Assembly: GCA_951406725.2 (NCBI GenBank) | Contig: OX597820.1 | Location: 83,886,001-83,950,000, forward strand | Direction of reading: 5' to 3' | From: Octopus vulgaris | Taxonomy: Eukaryota | DNA length: 64,000 bases | Part shown: in pieces, positions 46,336 through 60,374 of the stretch | Layout: the number at the start of each line of letters is the position of its first letter | How positions within the stretch are numbered: the first letter of the stretch is position 1 | Made by a program: the position numbers and the translations under genes | Notes under the pieces: generated by a model | Databases searched by the model: none | Seen by the model: the letters and a program-made list of their open reading frames with translations, nothing else | What the model was told of the DNA's origin: nothing

Positions 46336-47130
46336 CATTGAACAGGTATACATGGAGGCACAACTTGGTCCTTAAGGTTATCATCAATGCTATAAAGAAC
46401 CAAATTCATGTCAACAACACTGAGGAAAAACCGTTGAAGGTACCATCAAGAGATTTCATTACCTTCGTGCGACCAGATCAGCGGATCCGTTTCAAGAAGA
46501 AGATCAAGAAACTTCCTGAGAGAAATGAAAAGTGGAACGGCTATTGGGAGGAAACTGCAGATTTATCTGGGTGCCAGGTTTTCTTTCCAATCCCAGTTAC
46601 GAAAAAAACAGATATTTTGATGTGGTGTGAAAGAAAGAAAGTTGTAAATATAGTCGAGCTAACGGTTCCTCATGAAGATAATATGGACGCCGCTCGGGCT
46701 CGAAAATTGAACCGTTATGTAAACCTCATCGAGGAAAGGAATGTGAAGACACAGGCTGGAAAACTGAACATTTTCTATCGAAGTCGGTTGTAGAGGGTTT
46801 GTTGGACACAGCGTGAGACGACTGGTGTTATCGCTAGGCCTAAGTCATCGTAAAGTCAATACCACCATGACTGATATCCAATCTACAGTGGAGAAGGCTA
46901 GACACTGGATTTAGTTAAAAAGAGACGATGAGCGATGGCTAGAAGGATATTGACTTTAACTTCATAACCAGCTGATGTAGCAAACGGGGCCTCATATCAA
47001 TGAGGGGGCCGGTGCGCATTGATGCCGTCGAGAGATAGGCCCCGAAACGGCGCGCATTCTCTCCTGATGACCCGATACACATGCTGGCTTCCGGTATAGG
47101 GAGTTTTTGACTGGTACCACTTGCATGTGC
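46336..47130 (+). mobile_element. HERO-like (REL-type) non-LTR retrotransposon 3' fragment with 3' UTR
   Basis: RYTWRHNLVL, FITFVRP, DILMW..K.V.IVELTVPHED, K..RY, IEVGCRGFVG; frameshift and stops; ORF ends ~46953. Confidence 0.8.
47013..47075 (+). ncRNA. Candidate non-circularly permuted hammerhead ribozyme
   Basis: GCCG-TC^GAGAGA ... GAAA-CGGC ... TCTCTC-CTGATGA: perfect stems I and III in III/I - II'/III' - I'/II order; stem II uncertain. Confidence 0.6.
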
Positions 47131-48167
47131 AAGTTGTTTGCAAGACATCATGTGTATATCTGTGCGTTTCTGTATGTCTGTGTGTGTGTGTGTGTATGTT
47201 TTGAAGGGATAGATAAAATAACTAATCTCTGTGATGCCTGATCTTTGCAGATCCATTGTGTAAGCCCCCGCCAAAACACTATCATATGTTGTGCCGAGCG
47301 ATGCATGGGTCATGTCGGTTATGACGTACAACTGAGATATGATTTCCAAGGTGGGTGTCACAGAGGAAAAAAAATTAAAGCAGTGAGTGAAAATGATAGA
47401 AGCACAGTTTAAGGTCTCAGATATAGACATTCTGATTGTTACGCCTAGAGAGGTATGGGGCGTTACAAGTGGAGGAAAGGATAGTGCTACTGACTACTAA
47501 ATTATGTAGGTTGCAACGTCACATGATTGACAGAGTTGGGGATTAGTAAGAATTGGGTGTGCGGTAACGTGGACAGTAAAATGTTGGTCTAACGGAGACG
47601 TATATTTGTGGGTTACTAAAGAAAAAGGTATCTTCTTATGTGTGAGGCATACATGTGAGAGAAAGCAGAAGGACGGTAGACTTGGTGAGGTCAAAGAGAG
47701 AATGACTTCATATTGTGTAAGAAATTTCCCTGTAGAATGAGGAGACAAAACAGACATTTTGACTTGACTGGGACACAAAATTGAGGCCTCGTCCGTGCCC
47801 GCAATGTAGACGGACGAAACGAGAGTAAAGAACTGTTCGTTTGGTGGGGGGGGGGGGAGCTTGGGGGAGGAAAAATAGTAGTAGAAGTCGGAAGATTTAT
47901 TGAAAGATATGGTGGCAAGAATGTTGTTAAAGTGAAATATCCAGAATGGGAGCTTCCAAGAAAGAGAGGAATTCGAGAGAATCTGATGAAAGTTTTAAAT
48001 CACTTCCGTGAGATAGAAATGGCGCCGATACGGTCCTAAATGCAGCGGCTATGTTCTTGAAACCGGAATGGCTAAGTAGTGAGAATGTTTTGCCCTGGGA
48101 CGTTACAAACAAGTAAAAAGAAAAAAAGTCAGAACAATATGTAAACCTGTTACCATAGCAGTGAAAC

Positions 48168-48240
48168 ATTCTTCTTCTTCTTCTTCTTCTTCTTCTTCTT
48201 CTTCTTCTTCTTCTTCTTCTTCTTCTTCTTCTTCTTCTTC

Positions 48241-48272
<32 letters not shown>

Positions 48273-48410
48273 CTTCTTCTTCTTCTTCTTCTTCTTCTTC
48301 TTCTCACCACGTTCATCATCGTCGTCGTCGTCATCATGATCATGATCATGATCATGATCATGATCATCATCATCTTCTTCTTCTTCTTCTTCTTCTTCTT
48401 CTTCTTCACC
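48168..48410. repeat. (TTC)n with (CATGAT)n insert
   Basis: Direct reading. Confidence 0.95.
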
Positions 48411-49093
48411 ACCACAACTTACCTTCTATACAATTATAGATGTTTTTGCACAGCTATGTAATTATAAGTACAAGAACACATGCGAAAATACAAATGTTAA
48501 AATTTACAGCCACATCCACACACGCACACATGCATATACACTTATGTACATGCATACTGCCTTACTTACATACCTAAATACATACATACATACTTACAAA
48601 TATACATACATACAGATAAATGTTTACGTATAAACATTACATATTGTTTCAGACACTCTACAATGCAGTCAATCGCTTTAAGCGGAAATTAAACTGACAA
48701 GAATATAAGTTAAACTTTTGACCTCACCAAGTTAACCTTCTGGCAATAGCCTTTAAGGTTATCGCAAATTTCGTTCACTGTGATGTCTTAAATTCGTTAA
48801 TGGTTAAAACTCATTTATATGTTCACAGCCAAATGTAATTTCGTTTGCCGAGCTACGTAAAAGAAAACATCCTTCTTACAACGGTGACCATTTGGAATTC
48901 CCTTCCAAAATAATTCTTTGAGGTAGATGCCTATAGCAGTAGTCCAAGGTTAATGTTAACACCATTAATGTGAAAGGTCACGAAAAGACTTGAGCACGTG
49001 ACATTCCAGCGAATCCATCACCTAATCACATGTACTTATGTACGTTTAATTAAATAAATATATGGGTGTGTCCCTGTGTGCATTTTTATGTAG

Positions 49094-49140
<47 letters not shown>

Positions 49141-49141
<1 letters not shown>

Positions 49142-49406
49142 TAGAAGAAATGAGGTAGTCAGAAATCCGGATGGTCTTATATTTACAGATATTTATTACT
49201 ATGTTACATGTTTTTATACATCATATATCATATATCAGCGATTTCGTCCATTCTCGTGGAGTCTTCAAATTGATCAATTGGAAGACTCCACGAGAATGGA
49301 CAAAAGCGCTAATATATGATATATGATGTATAAAAACATGTAACATAGTAATAAATATCTGTAAATATAAAAACATCCGGATTTCTGAGTACCTCATTTC
49401 TTCTAA
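49141..49406. repeat. 266-bp loop-less palindrome with a truncated hammerhead-like motif at the axis
   Basis: Symmetric about 49273/49274 (aattga|tcaatt); few mismatches; (TA)n on both sides. Confidence 0.92.
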
Positions 49407-50105
49407 TATATGATACCTGTACATCATCTCTATATCTAATATATATATATATATAAATATATATATATATACATTTGTGTATGCGCTGTGTGTATGAAAA
49501 AGAAAGTACAACTGTATTTTTTAAAATAGCACATCATACGCGCATGCTAATTACTACGAGACACTTGTGGGAGAGCTGATATAACTGATAGGTAAATGCT
49601 TAAAATTATATTTGCAGGTGTGTTGGGGCAATATAAAGCTACATAAATTAATGATCCACACACAAAGAAACAACAAACATATTAACACCGAATGTGTCTA
49701 CAAATGCATCCCTCTCTTATTCATTCGAACGTATAAAATGTTCAGTTCAGATACTTTTCCTGACAAAAGTTTTCTTATTAATTAGTGGGTAAAAAATACA
49801 TCACACGGGCTGCGAATCGCGTCAGTGAAGTTTTAGAAAAGTGTTCTGGTGTGTAAGGTTGTTTTGATCCTGGCTGCGGTCGGTACTTTGTGTAAGTTAA
49901 AAACTGATTCACAAAGTTTACAAAATAACAGCTGTTCAAAATGATTACGAACAAATGAACACTGACGCTGAGAGTTCGTGGCTGACAGCCCGCTGCTGCC
50001 GATCAGAGTGCGGCTTGGTTGAATTACACAGAAAGGAGAACATTTTTCCAAGAGATGAAAGCCACAAAAATACACACTCACAAACTCACATATTCTTATA
50101 TACAT

Positions 50106-50152
<47 letters not shown>

Positions 50153-50153
50153 T

Positions 50154-50190
<37 letters not shown>

Positions 50191-50363
50191 AAGATAGAGA
50201 AATAGATAGATAGTTATATATATATATCATCCGAAATTGCTAAGATGATCCGGTTCCTGACTGAAGATTAGAGGCTTCGAATGACCTGTCTGTTTTTTGT
50301 GTCGTCTTTTTGTGTGGTTTGCGGTTATAATTTTTATACATATATATATCTCGTCTCTTTTTA

Positions 50364-50428
<65 letters not shown>

Positions 50429-50501
50429 TAGATAGATGGTAATACCAAAACGAAAGCTATTGAACGACTTTTTATGTCATCACTACTGTGAAGAAATAAT
50501 A

Positions 50502-51318
50502 CAGGGTGTTTCAAAGAATTTGATATCGTTTGAGATGTAAATGAAACTAGACAGGTTTAATGTTGAGCAAAATATGATTTATTCCTCCAAATTTTAATGA
50601 GAAATTCAAAGGTATGTGAATTTCATGAACGACTTCGCAAATGCTCAACTGTGACATGGAAATTTTCTGCACCCCAAATGCGAACATTATGCTTATTGAC
50701 TTTGCTATTCGTATGAAATGTGGCCTCATCACTGAAAACAAGACGTTCCTTGAACTCGGCTTCGTAAAGTGTCTCTTGCATATCAACATAGAAATTTTTG
50801 CGCTTTCGCTTGTCATCTGTCATTAAGGCCTGAAGGAGCTGCAGCTTGTAGAGTTTCATTAGCAAGCGTTTCCTCAGGAAGCGCAAAATGTCTTTGGAGA
50901 AATCTGGATTTCCAGACTTGTTCTTCTTGTGGACTTCTTGGGGCTTCACAAGAGTTTATGGAGAACCCGCTCAACCTTGTCTTCCGATGTTAATGGTTGC
51001 CCAGATAATTTTGGCCTGCACAAATAGCCTTCCTTTTTTAATTTTATTGTGGCATGTCCAAATCTGCATTGCAGTTGGTGACTTTTTAGAGAACTCTCTC
51101 ACAAATGTACGTTGGACAGTGTTGTTCGACTGTATTCAAGCTTACTCCAAATCACAAAACGCTTTTTTACCCCCAGTGAATGCCATGCCTATATCTGGAA
51201 ACATAAATATATCAAACACTAAACATAAGATTTTGACACATGCTTTTCAAGTATAAACAAGAACTGGCAAAGTTATTAGATTTCGAAATGATATCAACAT
51301 TTTTTTTGAAACAACCTG
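50502..51318 (-). mobile_element. Internally deleted Tc1/mariner-superfamily transposon with TIRs and TA target duplication
   Basis: TA|CAGGGTGTTTCAAA ... TTTGAAACAACCTG|TA; transposase motif LVFSDEATFHTNSKVNKHNVRIWGAEN. Confidence 0.88.
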
Positions 51319-52377
51319 TATAATATTCTCTAGGAATACTAATTAAATATCCACTTACTTAATTTATCTAGAAGTTGCTTTCTCTGGAGAATCACACACA
51401 GACACACACACACACTCACACACACACATACACTAAACACACACATTCAAATATAAATTAGAAGGAGCACTAATGTTATAGTCATTGACCACGCTTACTG
51501 ATTCCAAACAAGCACTTGCTCGCCGTTAGGCTGCAAATTAGAGCGATTGGAATGAGTCCCTCGAAGCACCGGGTGTTGAAACAAATTAAAGTCGTCGACA
51601 GGCGAGACGACTCTACCTATTCAGGGGAGATGGATATCAACTATTGGCCTTTGTGTGGCATATCAACATCACGTACATAAACCGAATTGGAGGCGGACAG
51701 AATCGCCACTATATGACTATATGAAAATAGTGTACAAACAATTTGCTGGTATGCCACAGCGATGACGTAAGAATAAATTCAAATATGATTTACACAGTTC
51801 GCGCCTCTTGCTAGCGATGTATTGTGTATAAAGGATGGAGATATTGTACCGAAAACCAGGAGGCGGAGAATACGCTTGGGGTTAAACCAGTAGTAACATT
51901 CACCCGCTACTTTCATGTGGCAACTCGCTTTACTGCTTAATACATGATATTACGCTATCTCCGCTTGAGATTTTATAACTAGTTATTTTGCCTGTTGCAA
52001 ATCAACGACCGATGATCACTTTGTTTATAATATACGTTGGTAGAAGCGGATGTAAGCTATCACTCTACTGCGTAGTTGCGTGCGGGTGAGAACGAGGCAA
52101 ATAGCTCGAAACTGGGCCAGTCCCGCGATCCTGTAAGCTGTTAGCAATGTATTGTATATAAAGGGTGCAGAGCTTGACCGAAAAATAGCTGGCGGAGAAA
52201 CCGTCTGGAGTTAAACGAGTAGTAACATTCAACTGCCATTTCGATGTAGCTATTCGCTTTACTATATATATATAGGGGTTAAATGAAGGATACTCTAATG
52301 AAATACATTTCTTGTTTCCTGTTTCCTTTTCATTTATATAATTTCCTATACCTATAATTATGTATATGCATACATAT

Positions 52378-52452
<75 letters not shown>

Positions 52453-52464
52453 TACTTATCACAT

Positions 52465-52882
52465 AGAAGTTGCTGTGTGGTAAGTAGCTTGCTTAACAAT
52501 CACATGGTTCCAGGTTCAGTCCCACTGCGTGGCAGCTTGGGCAAGTGCCTTCTACTATAGATTTGGGCCGACCAAAGCCTTGTGAATGGATTTGGTAGAC
52601 GGAAACTGAAATAAGCCTGCCGTATATAAGTATATTTATATATATATGTGTGTGTGTGTGTGTGATTGTGTCTGTGCTCGTCCCCCCAACATCGCTTGAC
52701 AACCGATGCTGGTGCGTTTAAGTCCCCGTACATTAGCGGTTCGGTAAAAGAGAACGATAGAATAAGTACTGGGCTTACAAAGAATAAGTCTTGGGGTCGA
52801 TTTGTTCGACTAAAGGCGGTGCTCTAGCATTGCCGGAGTCAAATGACTGAAAAAATTAAAAGATTGAAAGAGTAAAGAGTAT
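52465..52882 (+). mobile_element. Full-length Octopus tRNA-derived SINE with internal (TA)/(TG) microsatellite
   Basis: A-box-like tgctgtgtggtaag, B box ggttcagtccc, cttgggcaagtg block, tail aaagagtaaagagta. Confidence 0.88.
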
Positions 52883-53314
52883 AGACGCACACACGCACGC
52901 ACGCACACGCGCATACACATATACATATATATATATACTTATAAAGGTATATGTGTTCACATATCTATTTATATGTGTCTACATATGTATGATAATATAT
53001 GTATGCACGTTAATATATGAGCAAATTTGACTGTTTTATACAGGAAGTAAAAAATCTCATTAAACTTTGCACTGTCTAGAAGAGAATGGAAAAGATGGAA
53101 AAATATAACCTAGTACTGGTAATCTAGAGCAATTTCTGTAAGCAAATTGGGCACTCCTAGTCCTATGATAGTATATATACCTACATACATCTACGCTGAC
53201 ACTGCAATATTACAGCTACTCACACGTTTTACATTGGTAATTTATTCATCGAACATAGTATGATTGAAAGATTTCTTTACCGTATTTTAATCTATATAAA
53301 AATTTGCGTCTATA

Positions 53315-53321
53315 TATATGC

Positions 53322-53362
<41 letters not shown>

Positions 53363-53559
53363 ATTGTGCGTGTGTGTGTGTGTACGTGCGCTTAAGTGTG
53401 TATATATATGTACGTATATCTCTATGTATGTATATGTACGTATGTTTATAGATATATATTCATTAATACATTTATATGTACATATGTATATGTATATATA
53501 TGTGTGTGTATGTATACACACACACACAGGTATATATATATATATATATATATATACAG

Positions 53560-53627
<68 letters not shown>

Positions 53628-54126
53628 GTGTGTTTGTATATGTGTGTGTATGAACACTCATTCTCATTGTTCGATATTTAAGTAAATACATACATACATA
53701 CACATACACACATATATATATATATGTATATTTATATGAATATTTACATGTGTATAGATGAGTATGTATATGTATGAAGGCACATATATGTGGGCGTATA
53801 CATACACAATGCACACACGCACATATACGGGAATGACTCTGCATGTGTCTGTGCTTATGTATATTTGAGCGTTGTAGACAGTCTTTAGATATATGCAACA
53901 TAGATTAATTAAACTGAAAGCAATCGAAGTATTTGATCATATTCAATCAATTCCGGACATAAAGCAAAGGGGAACAATGGTATATTATGGTGGCATTGAT
54001 GAAGATGATTACGGATCCTTTGTTCTTTTATCCGATATATCGAAACTGCCCCTTGATATATGAATGTGTGCGTGTTTATATATACTCTTATATATATATC
54101 TATATATATAGACATACATACATTAT

Positions 54127-54162
<36 letters not shown>

Positions 54163-54218
54163 ATTATGTATGCATTATGCATATATATATATGTGTGTGT
54201 ATGTGTGTGTATACATAC

Positions 54219-54277
<59 letters not shown>

Positions 54278-54636
54278 GATATGTTTGTATGTATGTTTAT
54301 GTATACGTCATACGTATGCAAATATATACTCTCATCCTCTTTCCGGCGTTAAGTACCCAGGTCGATTCGATCAATATTGCTTCTCTTAACGGTTTTTCTT
54401 CTTTATTGTATTCATATAAGAAACCGTTCTTTTCGGTCATTAGGTTTATAAGAGTTAGTCAATGTCAGAATTATTAATTTCTTTCGCTGTTTGTCTTTCC
54501 TTCATCTTATGCTTTTCTTCCCAATATTCAATCAATTTTATTGGGCCTACTTTTACATTCATCTCGTTTTAGTTGAAGTTATACGTATTCATTTCATAAT
54601 CATACGTACATACATACATATCTATCTATATATTTA

Positions 54637-54695
<59 letters not shown>

Positions 54696-54785
54696 ATATA
54701 TAGTATATATATATATATGTACATATATATATACGTACATACATACATATAATATACATACATACATACATATATATGTATACAC

Positions 54786-54837
<52 letters not shown>

Positions 54838-54840
54838 ATA
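53315..54840. repeat. Extended (TA)n/(TG)n/(CATA)n microsatellite field
   Basis: Direct reading. Confidence 0.9.
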
Positions 54841-56133
54841 CAATTTAAGCTTGTAGATATTCTCAAACATTTTGGTTTCTCATCAAGAACATTGGAAATA
54901 CATTTGTATTAACGTCATAAAATTTTAACTATCAAGAAAATACGAGTGAAGAATCAGAAAATTTTGATCGATATATTTGCTGAAAATATGTGGGTGCAAT
55001 GTATGTGTTTCTGGCGTTGTTGTAGAATCGGAACATGTTGGAGTATATTGTTACTACGAGTTTTCAGCTTGGACAATGATGTTAATTGCTAAACAAGACA
55101 TTAAGGGGCATCCAACAAACTGAAAACATTCAATGGTCAACAATGATGTTGAAATTTAACTAATATATTCAACATATGTGAATTCCCATGTTATGTTGAG
55201 AAATCAAACAATAGCTATTTTCTAGGTTTATTTTCCGAATCTTTTAGGAAACTTGATCATGACTTTACAGGGATGGCTATACAACATTCTAGTTCGACGT
55301 ATTAAATACGGAAAGATTGAAGCATTAACATCTACTTCAATGCTTCCTTCAACGTGTAGCTTGTTGTGCCTTAAAATATTAGCTGTGTTATGCATAGGTT
55401 ATAGCCATTGGCATTAGCAATTCTTATACTTAATATTTGCATTTCTATGATGAAAAGAAAATATGGCTTATTATGTGCTGAATTTCCACAGTATATATCA
55501 TAAACCAAGGGTATTGCTCCAGCATGACCGCAGCCACATAACTGAAACGAGTGAAAGAATATATATTCGTTTCACTATTTTGAGAGAAATGGATTTTCCT
55601 TTAAGTGAATGATAGCATTATATTGCAATAGTTTAAACTTTGAATCCGAGGGTATGTAGAATAGCTTGCTGAAATCATTATGTGTCCAAATGTATTTTTG
55701 GAGCAAATTTTATGACTTCCTGATACAATGCTGTGTGTTGTTTCAGGAAACACTCCATGTAAAGAATATTCGTTCACCGTCTCACAAGAATTGCATTTAT
55801 TCCGTAGAGTTTATGAATTAGAAATGGCTGGTTTCTCAGTGGCATATGTAACTGAATAAGATGTTTAATTTCAGCCATGTGTGTCATGTTACATCTAGTT
55901 TACTAAAACAATGGACATAAAAATACTGGTTTGTATTTTCAACTGAGATGAAATTTTGTACAGTATAGTCATTTGTGCCTCTGTGGTGATTAGGCGTGTG
56001 TGGTATTGCTACTTTTACTCAATGCAAAATACTACTAATGGTCTACTTAGTGAAAAGTAAACCATTGATAGTATTTAACAATAGTTTTGCTTTTTGCTGA
56101 TTTACTTTCACTTTTCGATGTTGTTGTTGTTGC

Positions 56134-56177
<44 letters not shown>

Positions 56178-57392
56178 TGTCCCAATGCCTGGAATTGAAA
56201 TCGGAATATTGGGGTTAGTACCTCGCGCTCTTAAACATTACGCCATATGCCCATGGGCATGTTTTGTGTTATTTAATTAGGAGTTAATTGGGAAGATGTA
56301 CTGGGTTTAATTTTAAATCCATCTGATAGTGGAGCCCTGATAACAGAAATCTGGTGTGTTGAGGAGTAGGCTGCCACACCTTAGGCATTATTGTTCCCTA
56401 TCAACTCTCACCAAGAGTACCATTATGTGATCACAGCAGCTTCCAAGCTTCACCACTAATTCTGTTCTCAACAGTTTTAAAGCGGTTACTTCCTCAACTA
56501 CACTTTGGCATAAATAGATTGATGTAGTTCAGTAGAAAAAGATATTACATAAAAATATCTGGGGCAGTAAGGCACCTATTCACTTTAAATTTACATAAAC
56601 TTTTTAATTTTAATATAAAAGTATATTTTTCTTGGGTTTAAATGATAGAACAATGTATGAGGAATTCAGAGTTGTTAGTCGTATTGAACAAAAGTCAGTA
56701 GACGAAAACTTATGGGGCGAAATATCACGAAATTTCGTGTAAGTAAGAGTGTAAGGAAGTAACGATTATCAATAAGGAATATCAATTAAAGAATATATTG
56801 CTAAAATGAGTGGTTATGCCCTGAGGCGGCGACCTGTCAGAAACTTTAGTGTGCCGGGCATTTAAGTGTGCTTAACGACATTTCGCCTGTTTTTGTGTTT
56901 TGAGTTCAAATTCCGCCGAGGTCGACTTTGCTATTTGTCAATTTCTGATATATTCAATTTGACGTACAGATTACATAATTTTTTTTTTTAAATAAGCACT
57001 TTGAAACTTCCGATATTGGTACAATGTGTCACGTAAAACAGTAAACTCTTAACGTTTTTGACAAAATTTTGTATTTTAGACGTTATTTCGCCACAAGTTA
57101 CAGTGAGACAATGGAAAAATTCGTGTTTGATAAGAGCCAATACACAGGACTCTCAGGTTTTGACTTAATCCCTAACTTCTGCCGATGATATATATTGCAT
57201 ATTATAGATATAAGTGTAAAACAATCTCATCACGCAATCAAACCAATGAAAGAACCTCTACCTGGTCGCTTGACACGCTAAAAATAGCAACCAACGCATA
57301 CCCCTACCCAGTATTTTATAAGGTAAAATTCTAAATTATTAATTGACACAATATTAATTGTAATATAACAGCAATGCCTGGAAAAATCAAGG

Positions 57393-57908
57393 ATTACATG
57401 GAAAATTGCGAGCAGGAAAATTAATATTCTTACGATTATAAACCTAGAAATGTACAGGAGAAGTTATTACACCTGTAAAAGTATAGGACAAACTATTATT
57501 CAAGAAAAGTAAAGTTTAAAAAACGTTTTACTTAAAATACTGCAGCTAGAATTAAGATTTGAATATTCAAATATATTTATTTATAGTTTACAAATAACAC
57601 TATACTTGTTTAAGTAGAATTTGGCCAATTTACTACATTAAATACACAAAAAAAGTGACTAATTAGACAAACTTACAAATTAGCTGAACTGTTTTGTACA
57701 ATAAATTTAAGAGACGAGAAAATTTAAAGAGTGATAAATTAGAAGAACTGGCACTCTTTGCTGCAATTTAAAAAAGTTTCTTAATCTTTAATTTACTTGA
57801 AGTAATAGTTTTTCCTACACTTTTACAGGTGTAATTACTTGTCCTGTACTTTTGCAGGCTTATAATCTTAAGAACATTACTTTCCATGCTCGCATTTTCC
57901 CATGTAAT
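57393..57908. mobile_element. Old fold-back/MITE-like element with ~150-bp diverged terminal inverted repeats
   Basis: attacatggaaaattgcgagca..ttacacctgtaaaagt vs acttttacaggtgtaa..tgctcgcattttcccatgtaat; TA at both ends. Confidence 0.7.
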
Positions 57909-58349
57909 TAGATAACGCTTTCCTTTCGTTTGCAAAGGTTATAATAATAACTATACCAGCTTTCAAGTGTAATCAAACAACACCGTAAAAATGCCATTTC
58001 TCTTGTTCGTAAAATCATTCCGCTGTACCTTATACGCTGTTGATGAAACGATGCTACAATTTTATGGCGTGGATTGCACAAATATATATTCGTTTCTGCT
58101 GTAGGCACAAGACACGAAATTTTGTGGGAAGAGGCTAGTCGATTAGATCTACGCCAGTACGCCATTGGTACTTAATTTACCGACCCCGAAAGGATGAAAC
58201 TCAAAGACAAACTCGGTGGAATTTGAAATTAGAACGCAATGGCAAAAAGGGGGAAAGGAAACAGTGACTCTCGGTAGAAAATTCAGTTTCCTCTGCATTG
58301 CCTTTTCCTTGCTTATTTTATGAGACTATTGGTTACGTTTTTGAATATT

Positions 58350-58945
58350 ATAGTTTCACCATTTTGTTCACAAATTCTGCACTTATCACTTTCTGATGCC
58401 CTATCAATTCTGTATTTTATGTAGTTTGTTCTTAGTGCTTGCTCTTGGGCAGCAAGGATTAGAGCCTCCGTTTCCGGTTTTATTTCACTTTTAGTCAACC
58501 ACAGCCATCTTTTTTCTGTCTGTCTTATCGTCAACATCCCTATGAAATTGACCATACATTTTTTTCTTTATTCACCTATTTTCAGTTTCATTCGTTTTCA
58601 ATTGTTTGTATTGTACTTTGTCTTTGCCACCTTTCATCCTACACGAACCTGACGTTCTTACTTCTAATAATAGCGGTTCTGTGGCATTTTTTTACATTAT
58701 CTTCTGCCCTGATGTTGTGTTCGCATCCTCTTCCCTTCTTTTTCTTGGTACATACTGTCTATCTGTGTCACTTTTTGGGTGGAGTGACCCATATCTAGTT
58801 AGTAGCTTCCTTGTCTTTCTTTCTAAGCTGTTTAGTTCGTATCCTGTCCACGCGATTACCCCTGCTCCATATCTAAGGATTCAAACCGCCCAGGTGTTGA
58901 TAGCTTTATGTTATTCCGTCCGTTAATTTCGACTTAAAGGTCAGT
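58350..58945 (-). mobile_element. R4/Dong-like retrotransposon fragment
   Basis: WLWL..IKPETEALILAAQEQALRTNYIK..DKCRICEQNGETI. Confidence 0.8.
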
Positions 58946-59034
58946 ATCATTATTATTATTATTATTGCTGTTGTTGTTTTTGTTGTTGTTATTGTTATTA
59001 TCATTGTTATTGTTGTTGTTGTTCCTGTTATTTA

Positions 59035-59569
59035 TTGTGTGAGATGAATGTCATCAAAATGACCCTGGAGTACAAATATCATGACTACACGTTTGACAAG
59101 AGTACATCAGGGATATGGATCACAACCACATTTGCACAGCATAGTAATCTCATATCAAGATAAACAGCGCATGACCTTGCATCTGGGGACCAGGTAGAAT
59201 TGAGGTCAGGGGGCGCAAAAGATCCCTGAATAAAGTTTGCTTAAGTATATTGAACAAAACCATCATGTTTTCAGAAGTGATTTATTCAAACTCCAACATT
59301 TTTTTTCTTCGAACGTGGCTATAATGTTCCTCCACCACTATTACTCGAGTTCAGAGATTCACATATCGTCAGCCACTAAGGGACATACTCAGCTAGTTAA
59401 GGTCAACCAACTGACAAGTAAATCAGGGTTATTGAACAGAATATTTGCTGCCGCCCATCTTTTATACGAAGACAAATAATGTACACGATAGCACTTCTGA
59501 TCAGGTAAGATGAGAAACCATATAAGCCACTGTCTGGTACTGCATCAGGGAATATTATTATTGTTGTTG

Positions 59570-59657
<88 letters not shown>

Positions 59658-60137
59658 GATTTTTATTATTATTATTCTTGAGTGAGAGAGCAGTTCATGC
59701 CATCAAAGTGACACTGGGGTAAAATATACGAAGCCCAATATACCCATCATGACTACCCGTCTGATAAGGGTATACCAGGCACATGCATCACAACCATATG
59801 TGCGCGACATTGTGATCTCATATCAAGAAAAACAGCACATGACCTTGCAGGTGGGGCCCAGTTAGAATTTTCTTCAGGTCGAGTAGCCCATCCTGCTCAA
59901 AAGGTCCATGAATAAGGGTTGCTTTAGGATGTTGAAAGAAACACCCATGTTTCCAGAGGTGAATTATTCAAAGTCCAAAGAATCCCTCTCAACACATAGC
60001 TATGATGCTCCCCCACTACTTCTGCTCGTGATCAGAGATGCACGTATTGTCAGCCACTAAGGGACATGCTCAACTGGTTAAGGTCAAACAACTGACAAGC
60101 AAATCTGTGGTATTGAGCAGAATATTTGCTGTAGCCC

Positions 60138-60138
<1 letters not shown>
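59035..60138 (-). mobile_element. Two copies of the ~510-bp element (59035-59552; 59678-60138) in (TTA)n
   Basis: Reverse complement of 36774-37322. Confidence 0.82.
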
Positions 60139-60210
<72 letters not shown>

Positions 60211-60221
60211 TACTATTACTA

Positions 60222-60292
<71 letters not shown>

Positions 60293-60322
60293 GTTATCAT
60301 TATTATTATTATTATTATTATT

Positions 60323-60360
<38 letters not shown>

Positions 60361-60374
60361 TATTATTATTATTC

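Noticed and set aside
47437-48107. Possible solo LTR (TGTTACG...CGTTACA)
   Set aside because: No target-site duplication, second LTR or clear gag/pol; left uncalled
50228-50295. GAAA and CTGAAGA motifs as a ribozyme
   Set aside because: Stems I and III cannot be formed convincingly
55747-55859. Possible terminal exon after tgttgtttcag
   Set aside because: Short, unrecognised peptide and no linked exons
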